From: Phycisphaerales bacterium
GTDB taxonomy: Bacteria > Planctomycetota > Phycisphaerae > SM23-33 > FEN-1343
Assembly: GCA_003171335.1 (NCBI GenBank)
Contig: PMYD01000025.1
Coordinates: 2,682-66,681, forward strand
DNA length: 64,000 bases
Reading direction: 5' to 3'
Part shown: positions 40,928 through 50,643 of the stretch, piece after piece
Layout: every line of letters begins with the position of its first letter
Numbering within the stretch: position 1 is the first letter of the stretch
Program-made: the position numbers and the translations under genes
The notes under the pieces: generated by a model
Told to the model about the DNA's origin: nothing
Databases searched by the model: none
Seen by the model: only the letters and a program-made list of their open reading frames with translations

Positions 40928-41941
40928 TTACAAACGAATTGTGATCCGCCGGCCTTTCCTGGAGGAATCAATGGCCGCGAAGACCATCGCCAGGGAGTGG
41001 ATGTTGTCATGGCACTCGGTTTGCGGCCGCCGGCCGGTGCGGAGGAAGTCGAGCATTTCGCACAGCGCGCCGTGCATGGTGGAGTGCGGCAGCGTGGGGG
41101 CGGGCAGCTCGGCGTTGCGGAGCGGGCGGTTGAAGCCCGAATCGCCGGCCACAACCTGGGCCACCGGCGGCTGATCATTCTCGTACAGCAGGCTGCCGGC
41201 CGTGCCTACGATTCGCCAATTGCCGTTCCAGCTTGTGTGGCAGCCTTCGGAGCACCAGCTTCCGCGGTAGGTGAACTGTACGTTGTTGGTCATCTCGAAG
41301 ATGCAGCTTGCCGCCGCCTCGCCGGCATACCACGAGCCGGCAGGGTTGAACTGGCGGGCATACACGGCCAGGGGGTCAGTGCCGGTCAGGGCGCGGGCCA
41401 GGTCGAAGTGGTGAATGGCCATGTCCAGGATCAACGGACTGGGCATTTGATCGCGAAAGCCGCCAAAGTGGGCCCCGATGTAAAAGTCGCAGTTGACGGT
41501 GGTTACCGTGCCGATCACGCCGGCGGCAACGCTACGGCGGATGACATCGTGCAGCGGGTACCAGCGGCGGGACTGGCTGACCATGTACAGGCGGCCGGCC
41601 TTGTCGGCAGCGCGGATCATGCTTCGGGCCTGGGCCATCGTGGCGGCCATGGGTTTTTCGCCGATGACGTGGCAGCCGGCCCGCAGGGCCGTGCAGGTGA
41701 CCGCGCAGTGGGCTTCGGGCACGGTGAGATCGACGATGAAATCCGGCCGCATTTTTCGCAGGGCCGCCCGCAGGTCGGTCTGGGCGGGGCAATCGAGCTG
41801 GTACTTGGCGATCTGCCCCTGCGCCCGCTCGAGGTTCAGGTCGACGACGGCGGCCACCTGCACCTTCTCTTCCTTGAGCGGATTGAACCAGGCGTCGGAA
41901 ATGCCTCCGGCGCCAACGACGACCGCACGGTACTCGCTCAT
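40928..41941 (-). CDS. Gfo/Idh/MocA-family NAD(P)-dependent oxidoreductase
   Basis: Verified ATG (complement of 41939-41941). Rossmann ..YRAVVVGAGGISDAW... EKP motif ..HVIGEKPMA... Typical C-terminal alpha/beta domain. Confidence 0.75.
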   Translation of the reverse strand: MSEYRAVVVGAGGISDAWFNPLKEEKVQVAAVVDLNLERAQGQIAKYQLDCPAQTDLRAALRKMRPDFIVDLTVPEAHCAVTCTALRAGCHVIGEKPMAATMAQARSMIRAADKAGRLYMVSQSRRWYPLHDVIRRSVAAGVIGTVTTVNCDFYIGAHFGGFRDQMPSPLILDMAIHHFDLARALTGTDPLAVYARQFNPAGSWYAGEAAASCIFEMTNNVQFTYRGSWCSEGCHTSWNGNWRIVGTAGSLLYENDQPPVAQVVAGDSGFNRPLRNAELPAPTLPHSTMHGALCEMLDFLRTGRRPQTECHDNIHSLAMVFAAIDSSRKGRRITIRL

Positions 41942-42200
41942 GGGGCACTCCCAAAAAGAGCTTCGCCCTTCTGGCCTGGAAAAAGAACTGAACTTCGTGC
42001 TCTCTATCTTCCTCTGTGGCCTTCTCCGGTCTTTGCTCCGGCCGTTTACCTCTGTTTCCTCCGTGACCTCTGTGGTTTACTTCCTGTCGTTTGCTTGATG
42101 GATGTAATCCTGCCGGCTCCTTGATATTGCGCGGCCCTGCGGTTAATCTCAATGGTTTAGCGGCGTTATGGCAACTTCAAATTCACACGAAGGTGCGGGA

Positions 42201-42704
42201 ATGAGCGACAGCGGACCGATCGAGACCGATGCCGTTGCCCTGCCTGTTGACAAGCAGCCCCCGCCGCAATCGCGGGTGCTGGTGGTCGACGATAACGCTC
42301 AGAATCGCGAGCTGTTAGGGGCGTACCTGGAGAGCATCCCGGTGCGCGTCGAGATGGCCGAGGATGGCGTCGACGCCCTGCAATTCGTCGGTGAAAACCC
42401 GCCCGACCTGATCCTGCTGGACATCATGATGCCGCGGATGAGCGGCTTTGAGGTGTGCCGCAAGCTCAAGAGCCACCCGGCGACGCGGGATATTCCCGTG
42501 ATCATGGTCACGGCCCTCAACGAGCTGGGCGACATCGAGCGGGCCGTCGATTGCGGCACGGACGACTTTCTCTCCAAGCCGGTCAACCGCATCGAGCTGG
42601 TCACGCGCGTGAAGAACCTGCTCCAGGTCCGCCATCTCAAGAACGAGCTGGAGCGGACGTTGCAGTATCTCAGCGAGCTGGAGGCCCGGCCCGAGGCGCA
42701 ATAG
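42201..42704 (+). CDS. CheY-like response regulator with N-terminal extension
   Basis: REC hallmarks ..RVLVVDDNAQNRELL.., ..LILLDIMMPRMSGFEV.., ..IMVTAL... Start ATG 42201 (MSDSGPIE..) has an AAGGTG SD; the track's 42168 ATG has none. Confidence 0.7.
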   Translation: MSDSGPIETDAVALPVDKQPPPQSRVLVVDDNAQNRELLGAYLESIPVRVEMAEDGVDALQFVGENPPDLILLDIMMPRMSGFEVCRKLKSHPATRDIPVIMVTALNELGDIERAVDCGTDDFLSKPVNRIELVTRVKNLLQVRHLKNELERTLQYLSELEARPEAQ

Positions 42705-42735
42705 CAGTCGGTGCTCGCGCGGCGCTAGTCCCGAG

Positions 42736-42860
42736 GGTGCCACGGCTGTCCGCAGCCGTGCGCTCGCACCTGCAAGGCGAAAGGGCAGGTCCTGTGGGAC
42801 CCGCCGGACCTTCGTTAGGCGTTGTAGCCACAGCGCACGGCTGCGGACAGCCGTGGCACC
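42736..42860. repeat. inverted pair of GGTGCCACGGCTGTCCGCAGCCGTGCGCT hairpins (same family and architecture as 14977..15098)
   Basis: Hairpins at 42736-42764 and 42832-42860 with a ~67 bp unrelated spacer. Lies between the RR stop and the M16 peptidase start. Confidence 0.85.
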
Positions 42861-42999
42861 CAGGAACATTGCGGGGCCGGTGGCCTTCGGGCGGTATATC
42901 CTTTTGAAAGTGGGCTTCGTCGGGGATTGGGAACGCGAAGCAAGGAGGCGCGGGGCGGTTGCTCGGCGGCCCGGCTCGGCATTTCTTCAGGAGATCAGC

Positions 43000-45858
43000 A
43001 TGAGGTCGATTCGCACCCTGGGCCGGTGGGCAGCCTTATCCATCCTCTTGATGGCAGTTTCGGCCGGCTGTGTTGTACCGGCCAGAACAAGCATGCCTGC
43101 AAGCGATCCGAGCAGCCAACCCGCCGCGGCCGCTGCGACGTCACGGCCGGCGGGCGTAATGAAAGCCGCCGCCGCATCCCTGCCGGCCACATCGCAGCCG
43201 ACATCCGCCCCCCAGCCGCCGCAGGTCGTCACTCAAACGCTGAACGATATGGGCGCCACCGTCGCCACGCTGGCCAACGGGCTGACGGTGATCATTCAGG
43301 AAAACCACAACTCGCCCGTCGTCACGGTCCGCTGCCACGTGCGGGCCGGCGGCATGCTGGAGGGCAAATGGCTGGGCTGCGGGCTGAGCCACCTGGTGGA
43401 GCACCTGGTGGCCGAGGGCGCCGAGAAGACGCCCGGCGCCAAGCAGACCGCCGGCGCCAACCGCAGCCGGCTCGACGCCATCGGCGCCCAGTCCAACGCC
43501 TCCACCGGCATGGATGAGACGCAGTATTACATCGATGTGGCCTCCAGCCGCACGAACGATGCGATTGAGATCGTCGCCGACTGGATGGCGAGGCCGCAGA
43601 TCACGACGGACGATTTTCTCCGCGAGCACGGCGTGGTGCAGCGCGAGCTGGAGATGGGCCGCGATGATGCCCAGCGCCAGCTCGAATACGCGCACATGGC
43701 CAATTTCTACGGCACCCACCCGGCCGGCGTGCCGGTGATCGGCTACATCGACGCCCTGAAGACCCTCACCTTCGAGGATGTGCAGGCCTACCACGCCCAG
43801 ATGTACGTGCCGCAGAATATGGTCTTCGTGGTCGTCGGCGATGTGAACACGGCCGAGGTGATGGAGAAAATCCGCACCGCCATGGCGGGCTTTGAGGCCC
43901 TGCGCCACCCCGCGCCGATCCTGCCGGAAGTGCCGTATCTGGCGGGTGTGCGGCGGGTGGTGCTGAGCGCCCCTGGGGTGAAAGATGTCACCGAGCAGAT
44001 CGGCTTTCGAAGCATTCCGCTCATTCACCCCGACCTGTACGCCCTGGATGTTTTAAGCTTCGTGCTGACCAACGGCGAGTCCAGCCGCCTGAATGAAATC
44101 CTCAAGCGGCAGAAGAAGCTGGTCACCTCGGTCGAAAGCTCCTCGTGGACGCCGTACTGGGGGGCCGGGCTGTTCAATTTCGAGTTCCGCGCTGAACCTA
44201 ATAACGCCGATGTCGCCGAGGCCGCGCTGCTGGCGGAGATCTCGCGCCTGGTGCAGGAGGGCGTCACGGCGGAGGAGCTGGCCAAGGCCAAGCAGCAGAA
44301 GGTGGCCGAGTTCGTCTACAGCCGCCAGAGCGTCGAAAGCCAGGCCCAACTGCTGGCCAGCGATTTTTTGAGCGCGGATGATGTGAATTTCTCCCGCCAG
44401 TACACCGAGCGCATCCAGTCCATCACGGCCGAGCAGGTTCAGGCGGCGGCGAAGAAATACCTCACGCCCGGGGCCATGGCCATCACCCGCCTGGTGCCGG
44501 CCTCCTCACCGGAAGCGCCCAAGATGGGGCCCTCCACGATGGCGGCGGGCCAGACGTTGCGCTTCAAGCTGGATAACGGCCTGACGGTGATCCTGCGCTC
44601 CACGACCGCGGTGGACCTGGTGGCGATGAACCTGGCCTGCCTGGGCGGCGTGCTGACCGAGGATGAGAAGACCAACGGCCTGGGCACGTTGATGACCGAG
44701 CTTTCGCTCAAAGGCGCCGGCGAGCTGAACGCCGACCAGATCGCCGACTTCTTCGACCGCTCCGGCGGGGCCATCTCCTCCCAGTGCGGCAATAACACCT
44801 TCATGTGGGAAGCCACGGTCCTGAAGGCCCAGGCGCTGGAGGCGGCGGGCATCTTAGGCGATGTGGTCTGCCGCCCAACTTTCCCGGACGAGGAATTGGC
44901 CAGGCTGCGGCCGCAAATCCTGGCGGCGATCGGACGCGTGGATGAACAGTGGAGCAGCCAGCTCCAGCGTTTCTTCAAGCAGAAGTTCTACACGAATTCG
45001 CCGTATCGCTTCCTGACGATCGGCTCGGCGGATGTGGCGGCCAAGGCCGATCGCCAGGCCATCGCCGGCTTCCACGACAAGTGGGTTAAGGCGGGCTCGG
45101 CGGTGCTGAGCGTGTTTGGCAACTTCGACGTGCAGGCGATGCGCCGGCTCATCGAGCAGCGATTCGCCTCGCTGGGCGAAGGCAAGGCCGCAGTGCCCGT
45201 TCCCGCCCCGCGCAAGGTGGCGGCGGAGGAACTGTACGTCTTGGCCACGCCCAACCAGCAGGCGGCGATCATGATCGGCTGGCCGGGCATGCGGCTCACC
45301 GATGCGGCCGACTACGACACGATGAGCATCCTGTACACGATCATGAGCGGCTACCAGCTTCCTTCCGGCTGGCTGCACGAGGAGCTGCGCGGCAGGCAAC
45401 TGGTGTACGTGGTGCACGCCGTGAACTGGGCGGGCTGGGCGCCGGGGGCCTTTTTTGTGTACGCCGCCACCCAGCCGGACAAGGCCCAGGAGGTGATCTC
45501 GACGATCCGCCGGCTGATCGCCCGGGCCACGACGGAATCCTTCGCCAAAGCGGACATGGACCAGGCCATCAACACCATCCTGACGGCTGAACTGCTGGGC
45601 ACGCAGACCATGCGCGAGCTGTCCATGCAGTCGACGCTGGACGAGTTGTACGGCTTCGGCTATGACTATCGTCGCACGCTGGAAAAGCGGCTGCGCGCGG
45701 TCACGCCGGAAGACTTGCACCGCGTGGCCCAGAAGTACCTGGCCGGCCCGGCGGTCGAGACCGTGACCACGCCGGCGCCCAAGGTGGTCGATCCGGCCGG
45801 CAAGTACACCGAGGCGGCCCAGGCGAAAGGTCCGGCGGGCGCGCCGGCGGAAGAGTAG
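43000..45858 (+). CDS. M16-family (pitrilysin/insulinase-like) zinc metallopeptidase, tandem double-unit, lipoprotein
   Basis: ATG 43000 with AGGAG SD: [24 protein letters not shown] (lipobox). Inverted zinc motif HxxEH in ..[10 protein letters not shown]... Two insulinase-like halves (~950 aa). Confidence 0.8.
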   Translation: MRSIRTLGRWAALSILLMAVSAGCVVPARTSMPASDPSSQPAAAAATSRPAGVMKAAAASLPATSQPTSAPQPPQVVTQTLNDMGATVATLANGLTVIIQENHNSPVVTVRCHVRAGGMLEGKWLGCGLSHLVEHLVAEGAEKTPGAKQTAGANRSRLDAIGAQSNASTGMDETQYYIDVASSRTNDAIEIVADWMARPQITTDDFLREHGVVQRELEMGRDDAQRQLEYAHMANFYGTHPAGVPVIGYIDALKTLTFEDVQAYHAQMYVPQNMVFVVVGDVNTAEVMEKIRTAMAGFEALRHPAPILPEVPYLAGVRRVVLSAPGVKDVTEQIGFRSIPLIHPDLYALDVLSFVLTNGESSRLNEILKRQKKLVTSVESSSWTPYWGAGLFNFEFRAEPNNADVAEAALLAEISRLVQEGVTAEELAKAKQQKVAEFVYSRQSVESQAQLLASDFLSADDVNFSRQYTERIQSITAEQVQAAAKKYLTPGAMAITRLVPASSPEAPKMGPSTMAAGQTLRFKLDNGLTVILRSTTAVDLVAMNLACLGGVLTEDEKTNGLGTLMTELSLKGAGELNADQIADFFDRSGGAISSQCGNNTFMWEATVLKAQALEAAGILGDVVCRPTFPDEELARLRPQILAAIGRVDEQWSSQLQRFFKQKFYTNSPYRFLTIGSADVAAKADRQAIAGFHDKWVKAGSAVLSVFGNFDVQAMRRLIEQRFASLGEGKAAVPVPAPRKVAAEELYVLATPNQQAAIMIGWPGMRLTDAADYDTMSILYTIMSGYQLPSGWLHEELRGRQLVYVVHAVNWAGWAPGAFFVYAATQPDKAQEVISTIRRLIARATTESFAKADMDQAINTILTAELLGTQTMRELSMQSTLDELYGFGYDYRRTLEKRLRAVTPEDLHRVAQKYLAGPAVETVTTPAPKVVDPAGKYTEAAQAKGPAGAPAEE

Positions 45859-45940
45859 GGTGTGCAGCTTGGCTGCACACCGGCGAAGTCGGGTTATCGC
45901 GAGTGTGGCGAAAGAACGGTGTGCAGCAAAGCTGCACACC
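45859..45940. repeat. two REP-like hairpins: GGTGTGCAGC-TTGG-GCTGCACACC and GGTGTGCAGC-AAAG-GCTGCACACC
   Basis: Read directly, immediately downstream of the M16 peptidase stop. Confidence 0.8.
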
Positions 45941-45953
45941 CTACATTTACATT

Positions 45954-46205
45954 ATGGCCGATCCGGACGACATCGTGGACATTCCCGGACTCGGGGCCTC
46001 CAGGCCGGCCGAGCCGGCCGCCGGCACGGACAGCGCCGGCCGGCCGTTCATCAGCGTGTTGTTTGACTGCTGCGGGGCGTACCAGCGGGTCTATCGCAAC
46101 GCCGCCGGCACCGAGTATGTCGGCTGGTGCCCCAAGTGCATGCGAAAAGTGGTGGCGAGAATCGGGGCCGACGGGGTCGATCAGCGGTTTTTCCGAGCCC
46201 GATAA
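45954..46205 (+). CDS. small zinc-ribbon-like hypothetical protein
   Basis: [14 protein letters not shown]...[31 protein letters not shown].. has a CC..(19)..CPKC four-Cys arrangement. ATG verified. Confidence 0.35.
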   Translation: MADPDDIVDIPGLGASRPAEPAAGTDSAGRPFISVLFDCCGAYQRVYRNAAGTEYVGWCPKCMRKVVARIGADGVDQRFFRAR

Positions 46206-46279
46206 ATGGTGTTCCCGCCCGCGAGCGAGCGAGGCGAGCGGACGGATTAACGAATTAACGATTTTCCCGAGGTTGTTGT

Positions 46280-46786
46280 ATGGCCAAGGAGTACCAAATT
46301 GCCCGCACCGCCGGCCGCTGCTGCCGGTGCGACAAGGTTCTGGACCAGCGGGAGGAGTTCCAGGCGGTGCTGATCGAGCAGGGCGAGCAATTCGTGCGGC
46401 AGGACTGGTGCCTGGCGTGCTGGGAGTCGCCCCAGCGCGGCGAGGTGGCGGGCCTGTTCGGCCAATGGCGCTCGCGCATGCCGGAGAAACAGGCCAGGAA
46501 AAAGCTGTTTGTGGATGATGGCATGCTGCTGAACTTCTTCCTTCGCCTGGGCGGGCAGGCGGAGGCGGCCCGGGTGAATTTCCGCTTCGTCCTGGCCCTG
46601 GTGCTGCTGCGCAAGAAACTGCTGTCGTACGAGGGCACGCGCAAAAGCCCCGACGGCGGTGAGGTGTGGGCCATGCGCATCAAGGGTGAGGAGCAGGTGC
46701 AGGAAGTGGTCAACCCGCGGCTCGACGAGCAGCGCATCACCGAGGTAAGCCAACAACTGGGAGAAATCCTGCAGGGAGAATTATGA
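46280..46786 (+). CDS. hypothetical protein with CxxC..CxxC motif
   Basis: MAKEYQIARTAGRCCRCDKVL...WCLACWESP... First gene of a run of three genes with overlapping stop/start codons. Confidence 0.45.
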   Translation: MAKEYQIARTAGRCCRCDKVLDQREEFQAVLIEQGEQFVRQDWCLACWESPQRGEVAGLFGQWRSRMPEKQARKKLFVDDGMLLNFFLRLGGQAEAARVNFRFVLALVLLRKKLLSYEGTRKSPDGGEVWAMRIKGEEQVQEVVNPRLDEQRITEVSQQLGEILQGEL

Positions 46787-47889
46787 AACGTAAAAACTTT
46801 CGCCGGTTTGCCGCTGTCGGTGCAATCGCCGTGATCCTTGGCCTGTGGGGCTGCAAGCCGCCGGCGGCGCCCATCGTCTGCGGTCCACCGCTGGCGAAGG
46901 GTGAGCTGATCGCGCTCAACAACGCCAACGCCGCCAAGGTGCCCAGCCTGCGGGCCAGCGCCGATGTGGAAATCCGCTTCCGCGACGAAAAGGAGGAGGA
47001 GCAGCATTATCGGGCACGCGATGGCTTCCTCCGGCTGCTCAAGGACCCCCAGAATCCCCAGGCCGTGCCCAGCTTCCTGCTGGTGGCCCAGATGGTGAGC
47101 GAGGCGTATTTCGCCGCCGGCGTGGACTCGGCGGCGGGAGACTACTACTACTGGATCGACGCCCCGACCGCGCGCGTCCACCCCGAGGCGCGCTGGGGCC
47201 AGTTGGCCGACCTGCACCGCCCCGGCTACGAGTCGCTGCCGGTGGACCCGGTGGACCTGCTGTATGTCCTGCCCGTGCTGCCCTGGCCGCAGAATGATCC
47301 TGCCCACCCCGTCTTTGTCGTGCCCAAGGACGACCCTTGCCTGTACGACGTGATCTTCTTCACGCAGGGCGGTGGCCAGACGCTGCAGCTCCGCCGCCAG
47401 ATGTGGATGGATCGCACCGTCGTGCCGGCCCGCCTGACGCACGTGTGGATAATGGACCCTGAGGGCCGCGTGACCGTGGACGCCAATCTGGCCGATTACC
47501 GAAAGATCAAAGATCCTAACCTGCCCGCGTCCCAGTGGCCGGAGATGCCCACGGACATCACGCTGCGCTACCCGCAGGAGAAGAAGATTGCCTCGCTGCG
47601 GCTGCGGCTGACGAATCTGACCGTCGGCACGAAGGATGAGCCGGTGCGCCCGGCGATGTTTCGCCGACAAAGCGTGATTCCTTCACGGATCGAAGACCAG
47701 CGGGCGCTGGGGCCGTTGAAGGAATCGCCGCTGGATGCCGGATCGGCCGTGTCCCAGCCGGCCGAATCGCGGCCGACCCAATCTCGCCCGGTTGAATCGC
47801 AACCGGCCGAGCCGCAACCGGCCGTATCACCGGCCGAAGGGCAGGCCGCCGCGTCGCAGCCGGCCCAGACAGGAGAATTGACCCCGTGA
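46783..47889 (+). CDS. hypothetical lipoprotein
   Basis: MKRKNFRRFAAVGAIAVILGLWGC (lipobox LWGC). Its start overlaps the upstream stop (ATGA). Pro/Ser/Gln-rich C-terminal tail. Confidence 0.5.
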   Translation: MKRKNFRRFAAVGAIAVILGLWGCKPPAAPIVCGPPLAKGELIALNNANAAKVPSLRASADVEIRFRDEKEEEQHYRARDGFLRLLKDPQNPQAVPSFLLVAQMVSEAYFAAGVDSAAGDYYYWIDAPTARVHPEARWGQLADLHRPGYESLPVDPVDLLYVLPVLPWPQNDPAHPVFVVPKDDPCLYDVIFFTQGGGQTLQLRRQMWMDRTVVPARLTHVWIMDPEGRVTVDANLADYRKIKDPNLPASQWPEMPTDITLRYPQEKKIASLRLRLTNLTVGTKDEPVRPAMFRRQSVIPSRIEDQRALGPLKESPLDAGSAVSQPAESRPTQSRPVESQPAEPQPAVSPAEGQAAASQPAQTGELTP

Positions 47890-49724
47890 GCAGCCGCCCA
47901 CTGCCCCTGATGGCCGCCATCGCCTGCCTGGCGGTGCTGCTGGCGCCGGCGCTGACGGCCGCGGCGGCGGATGAATTGCTGCTGGCCGGGCAGGGCCAAG
48001 GACCCCCGGCGCTGTGGCTGGTGGGAGTTCACGGGCCGGTCAGTTACATCCACGCGCTGAACGCGGATCGTTGGTCGCTGGTGTCCGAGAGCCAAGGCCA
48101 GGCGACGGCCCTGTGCCCCGCGGGCTCGGAGCTGCACGTTTTCTTCGCCGGGCGCGGCTATCGCATTCTCGACTGGGATGCCCAGCGGCAGCGCTGGGAT
48201 AACCGCCCCGGGACGTTGTGGCGCGAGTCGCTCGGCCAGCGCGTGGTGATTGCCGCCTGCCCCGGCCCATCTGGCCCGGCTGGCCGGCCCGCCACGGCGG
48301 CCTTTACGGCGGCAACGTCGGCCTCCTCCACGGCATCTTCATCGCCCGGCGAGGCGCCCAGCTCGACCAGCCAGGCATCGCCGGCGACGTTTGATTTATG
48401 CATTCTGCTGGCCCCCGCGCCGATCGTTCCGGCCGCCCCGCAAAGTCAGGCCGGCTCGGCCCCGGCCAGCAGCTCCGTCGCCAGCATGCCCGCGGTCGGC
48501 AGCGCGCCCGCCGTCGGCAGCGAGGACAGGGCGCCGGCTTTCCTGTGCCTGTCCAATTTTCAATGGCAGGAACTGCCGGCCCCGCCGGCGAGCCTTCTGC
48601 CGCCGATGGGTCGCGCCTCGCTGGCGCTCATGGGCGAGGCGGTGTACCTGCTGACCACCACGGCCGACGGCCTGCCCGTCGGCTGGGCCCGCTTTGCCCA
48701 GGGGCAGTGGACGATGTTGACGTTGCCCGAGCTGGGCGAAGACCGCCGCGCCGGCGGCCTGATTGCCCTGAACGCCGACCTGTTGATCTGGGGCACATCC
48801 ATCGTCGCCGGCGGCGGCCAGAAGGTGTGGTTTGCGCGGCTGGATGAGCGGGCCGGCACCCTGGGGGCGATCCGCCAGGTACGCTCGGCGGGGACGGTCC
48901 AGCAGATTTCCCCCCAAGAGCCGATCGTGCTGTCGCGTCAGAGTTCCGCTTCCCTGGCCCTGGCCTGGGGCAGCGCGGGCAAGTGGCATGCCGCCACCCT
49001 CGGCACGGATGGCGAAATCACCAGCACGCTGTCCAACGTGATCGACCGCTCGGGGACCTCGGAACAATTGTGGCAGTGGTTCCAGTACATCCAGTTTGGA
49101 TTGACCGCACTGCTGGTGCTGCTGTTGCTGGCTCGCAAGCGCCGCGAGACGACGCAGCCCTTCACGCTGCCGGCCGCCGCCGTGCCCTCGCCGTGGCTGA
49201 AGCGCGTGATGGCATTCCTGGTGGACTACCTGCCCTTCTGGCTGGTCGGGCTGTTCCTCACCGGCTATGGCGACATCGACCAAACCCAGATGCGGCGGAT
49301 TCTTGACCAGCTATGGCACTTGCAGCCGCCGGAGCTGTCGTTCCTGCCGCCGGTGATGACGAGTATCGGCCTGTACGTGGCGTACGCGATTCTCACGGAG
49401 AAAATCATCGGCGCCACGCTCGGCAAGCTTGCGCTGCGGATGCGCGTCGTGGCGGCCGATGGCCGATCGCCAAGCTGGGGGCAGATCATCATCCGCAACC
49501 TGTGCAAGCCCATCGAGCTGCTGGCGCCGCTGCCGATGTGCCTGGTGTTCATCCTCTGGCCGCTCTTCAACCCCCTGCGCCGCCGGGCGGGCGACATCGT
49601 GGCCGGGACGGCCGTCATCGAGACCAGCTTCCGGGCAGCGCTGATCGGCCCCTCCGTGCCGCCGCAGGAGGAGGAAGGCGAAGAGTCCTCCGACTCGCCC
49701 TCGCAGAAGCAGAACCAGGATTAG
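47886..49724 (+). CDS. secreted/membrane protein with C-terminal RDD-family domain
   Basis: GTG start overlapping the upstream TGA. N-terminal signal. Large Ala/Ser-rich region. C-terminal RDD-type TM domain ..WLKRVMAFLVDYLPFWLV...RRAGDIVAGTAVIE... Confidence 0.5.
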   Translation: MSSRPLPLMAAIACLAVLLAPALTAAAADELLLAGQGQGPPALWLVGVHGPVSYIHALNADRWSLVSESQGQATALCPAGSELHVFFAGRGYRILDWDAQRQRWDNRPGTLWRESLGQRVVIAACPGPSGPAGRPATAAFTAATSASSTASSSPGEAPSSTSQASPATFDLCILLAPAPIVPAAPQSQAGSAPASSSVASMPAVGSAPAVGSEDRAPAFLCLSNFQWQELPAPPASLLPPMGRASLALMGEAVYLLTTTADGLPVGWARFAQGQWTMLTLPELGEDRRAGGLIALNADLLIWGTSIVAGGGQKVWFARLDERAGTLGAIRQVRSAGTVQQISPQEPIVLSRQSSASLALAWGSAGKWHAATLGTDGEITSTLSNVIDRSGTSEQLWQWFQYIQFGLTALLVLLLLARKRRETTQPFTLPAAAVPSPWLKRVMAFLVDYLPFWLVGLFLTGYGDIDQTQMRRILDQLWHLQPPELSFLPPVMTSIGLYVAYAILTEKIIGATLGKLALRMRVVAADGRSPSWGQIIIRNLCKPIELLAPLPMCLVFILWPLFNPLRRRAGDIVAGTAVIETSFRAALIGPSVPPQEEEGEESSDSPSQKQNQD

Positions 49725-49729
49725 GGCGC

Positions 49730-50640
49730 GACAGCCATTTTGCCGGAACCAACAGTGCTTCATCCCCGTGCGCAAAAACAGCTTGTGAAGCTGCGCAATA
49801 TGCACGATTAGCACAGTTTGCTTAAGCCATCGCACGCTGCAAGTCTTCTATTTGCAAGTGCTTATTATGCAACACCTGTTGGTCTTAAGCATTATGCACT
49901 ATTGCATAAAATGCATATTGCCCATTTTGACATTCACATAAGCGCTTGTAGCACAGTTTCTAACGGATTCAGTTCCAACAAGAACTGGGCGGTGGGCCGC
50001 TTGGCGTTTGGAGCCCGAAAGAGCGCTGGAGAGCGAAGGGCGTTTGGAGCCCATAGGGCGTTTGACCATTAGCCACGGGCGCAAGCCCGTGGAAAAAGAT
50101 GGCCCGATTTCATTTTGGAGCCCTTCAGGGCGATTGAATCTCCCAACCATAGCTGGAGCCAGCATTTGTGCAATCCGCTACGGGGCACGTGCGATGCCGA
50201 AGCCGTCAGTCGCCCTTGCGGGCTCTTGCACATGGAGCGCCTGGTCTCCACGGGCTTGCGCCCGTGGCTAATGGTCAAACGCCCTACGGGCTATTCTTGA
50301 CTGCCAAAAGGGGCACGTTTCATTGATTCTCCGGTAGGCTGCATAATGGAAAAGGCTTGTCGCCATTTTCCGTGCGATTGCCTGGGAATCTCTCTTCACT
50401 TGCCAAGAACTGCCAACGCAGTGCGTCTAGCACGCACTGGCGGAGCCGGATGCTTCAGAAATGGGTTAGTCGCACCCAGATCCGATGCTGTGCTCCACGG
50501 CTTGCTATTATAGCCTAATATGCGATCTTGTCAAGATATTTCCCAAATAATCCCGAAGAAATTTTTCCCGGATGAAATGTGGATCTTGCCCCCGGGCACC
50601 ATTCAGGCTGCCGATGTGGGATTTTTGCGGCTGACGCCAA
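49730..50640. repeat. ~0.9 kb lower-GC non-coding island nesting REP copies of the RAYT-flank and CACGGGCG families
   Basis: AT-rich stretches (..CATTATGCACTATTGCATAAAATGCATATTGCCCATTTTGACATTCACATAAGC..). GGAGCCCTTCAGGGCGATTGAATC (50115-50138) and inverted CAGTCGCCCTTGCGGGCTC (50207-50225). A 37-bp inverted repeat GGGCGTTTGACCATTAGCCACGGGCGCAAGCCCGTGG at 50053-50090 and 50247-50283. GGGCGTTTGGAGCCC x2. Confidence 0.75.
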
Positions 50641-50643
50641 AAT

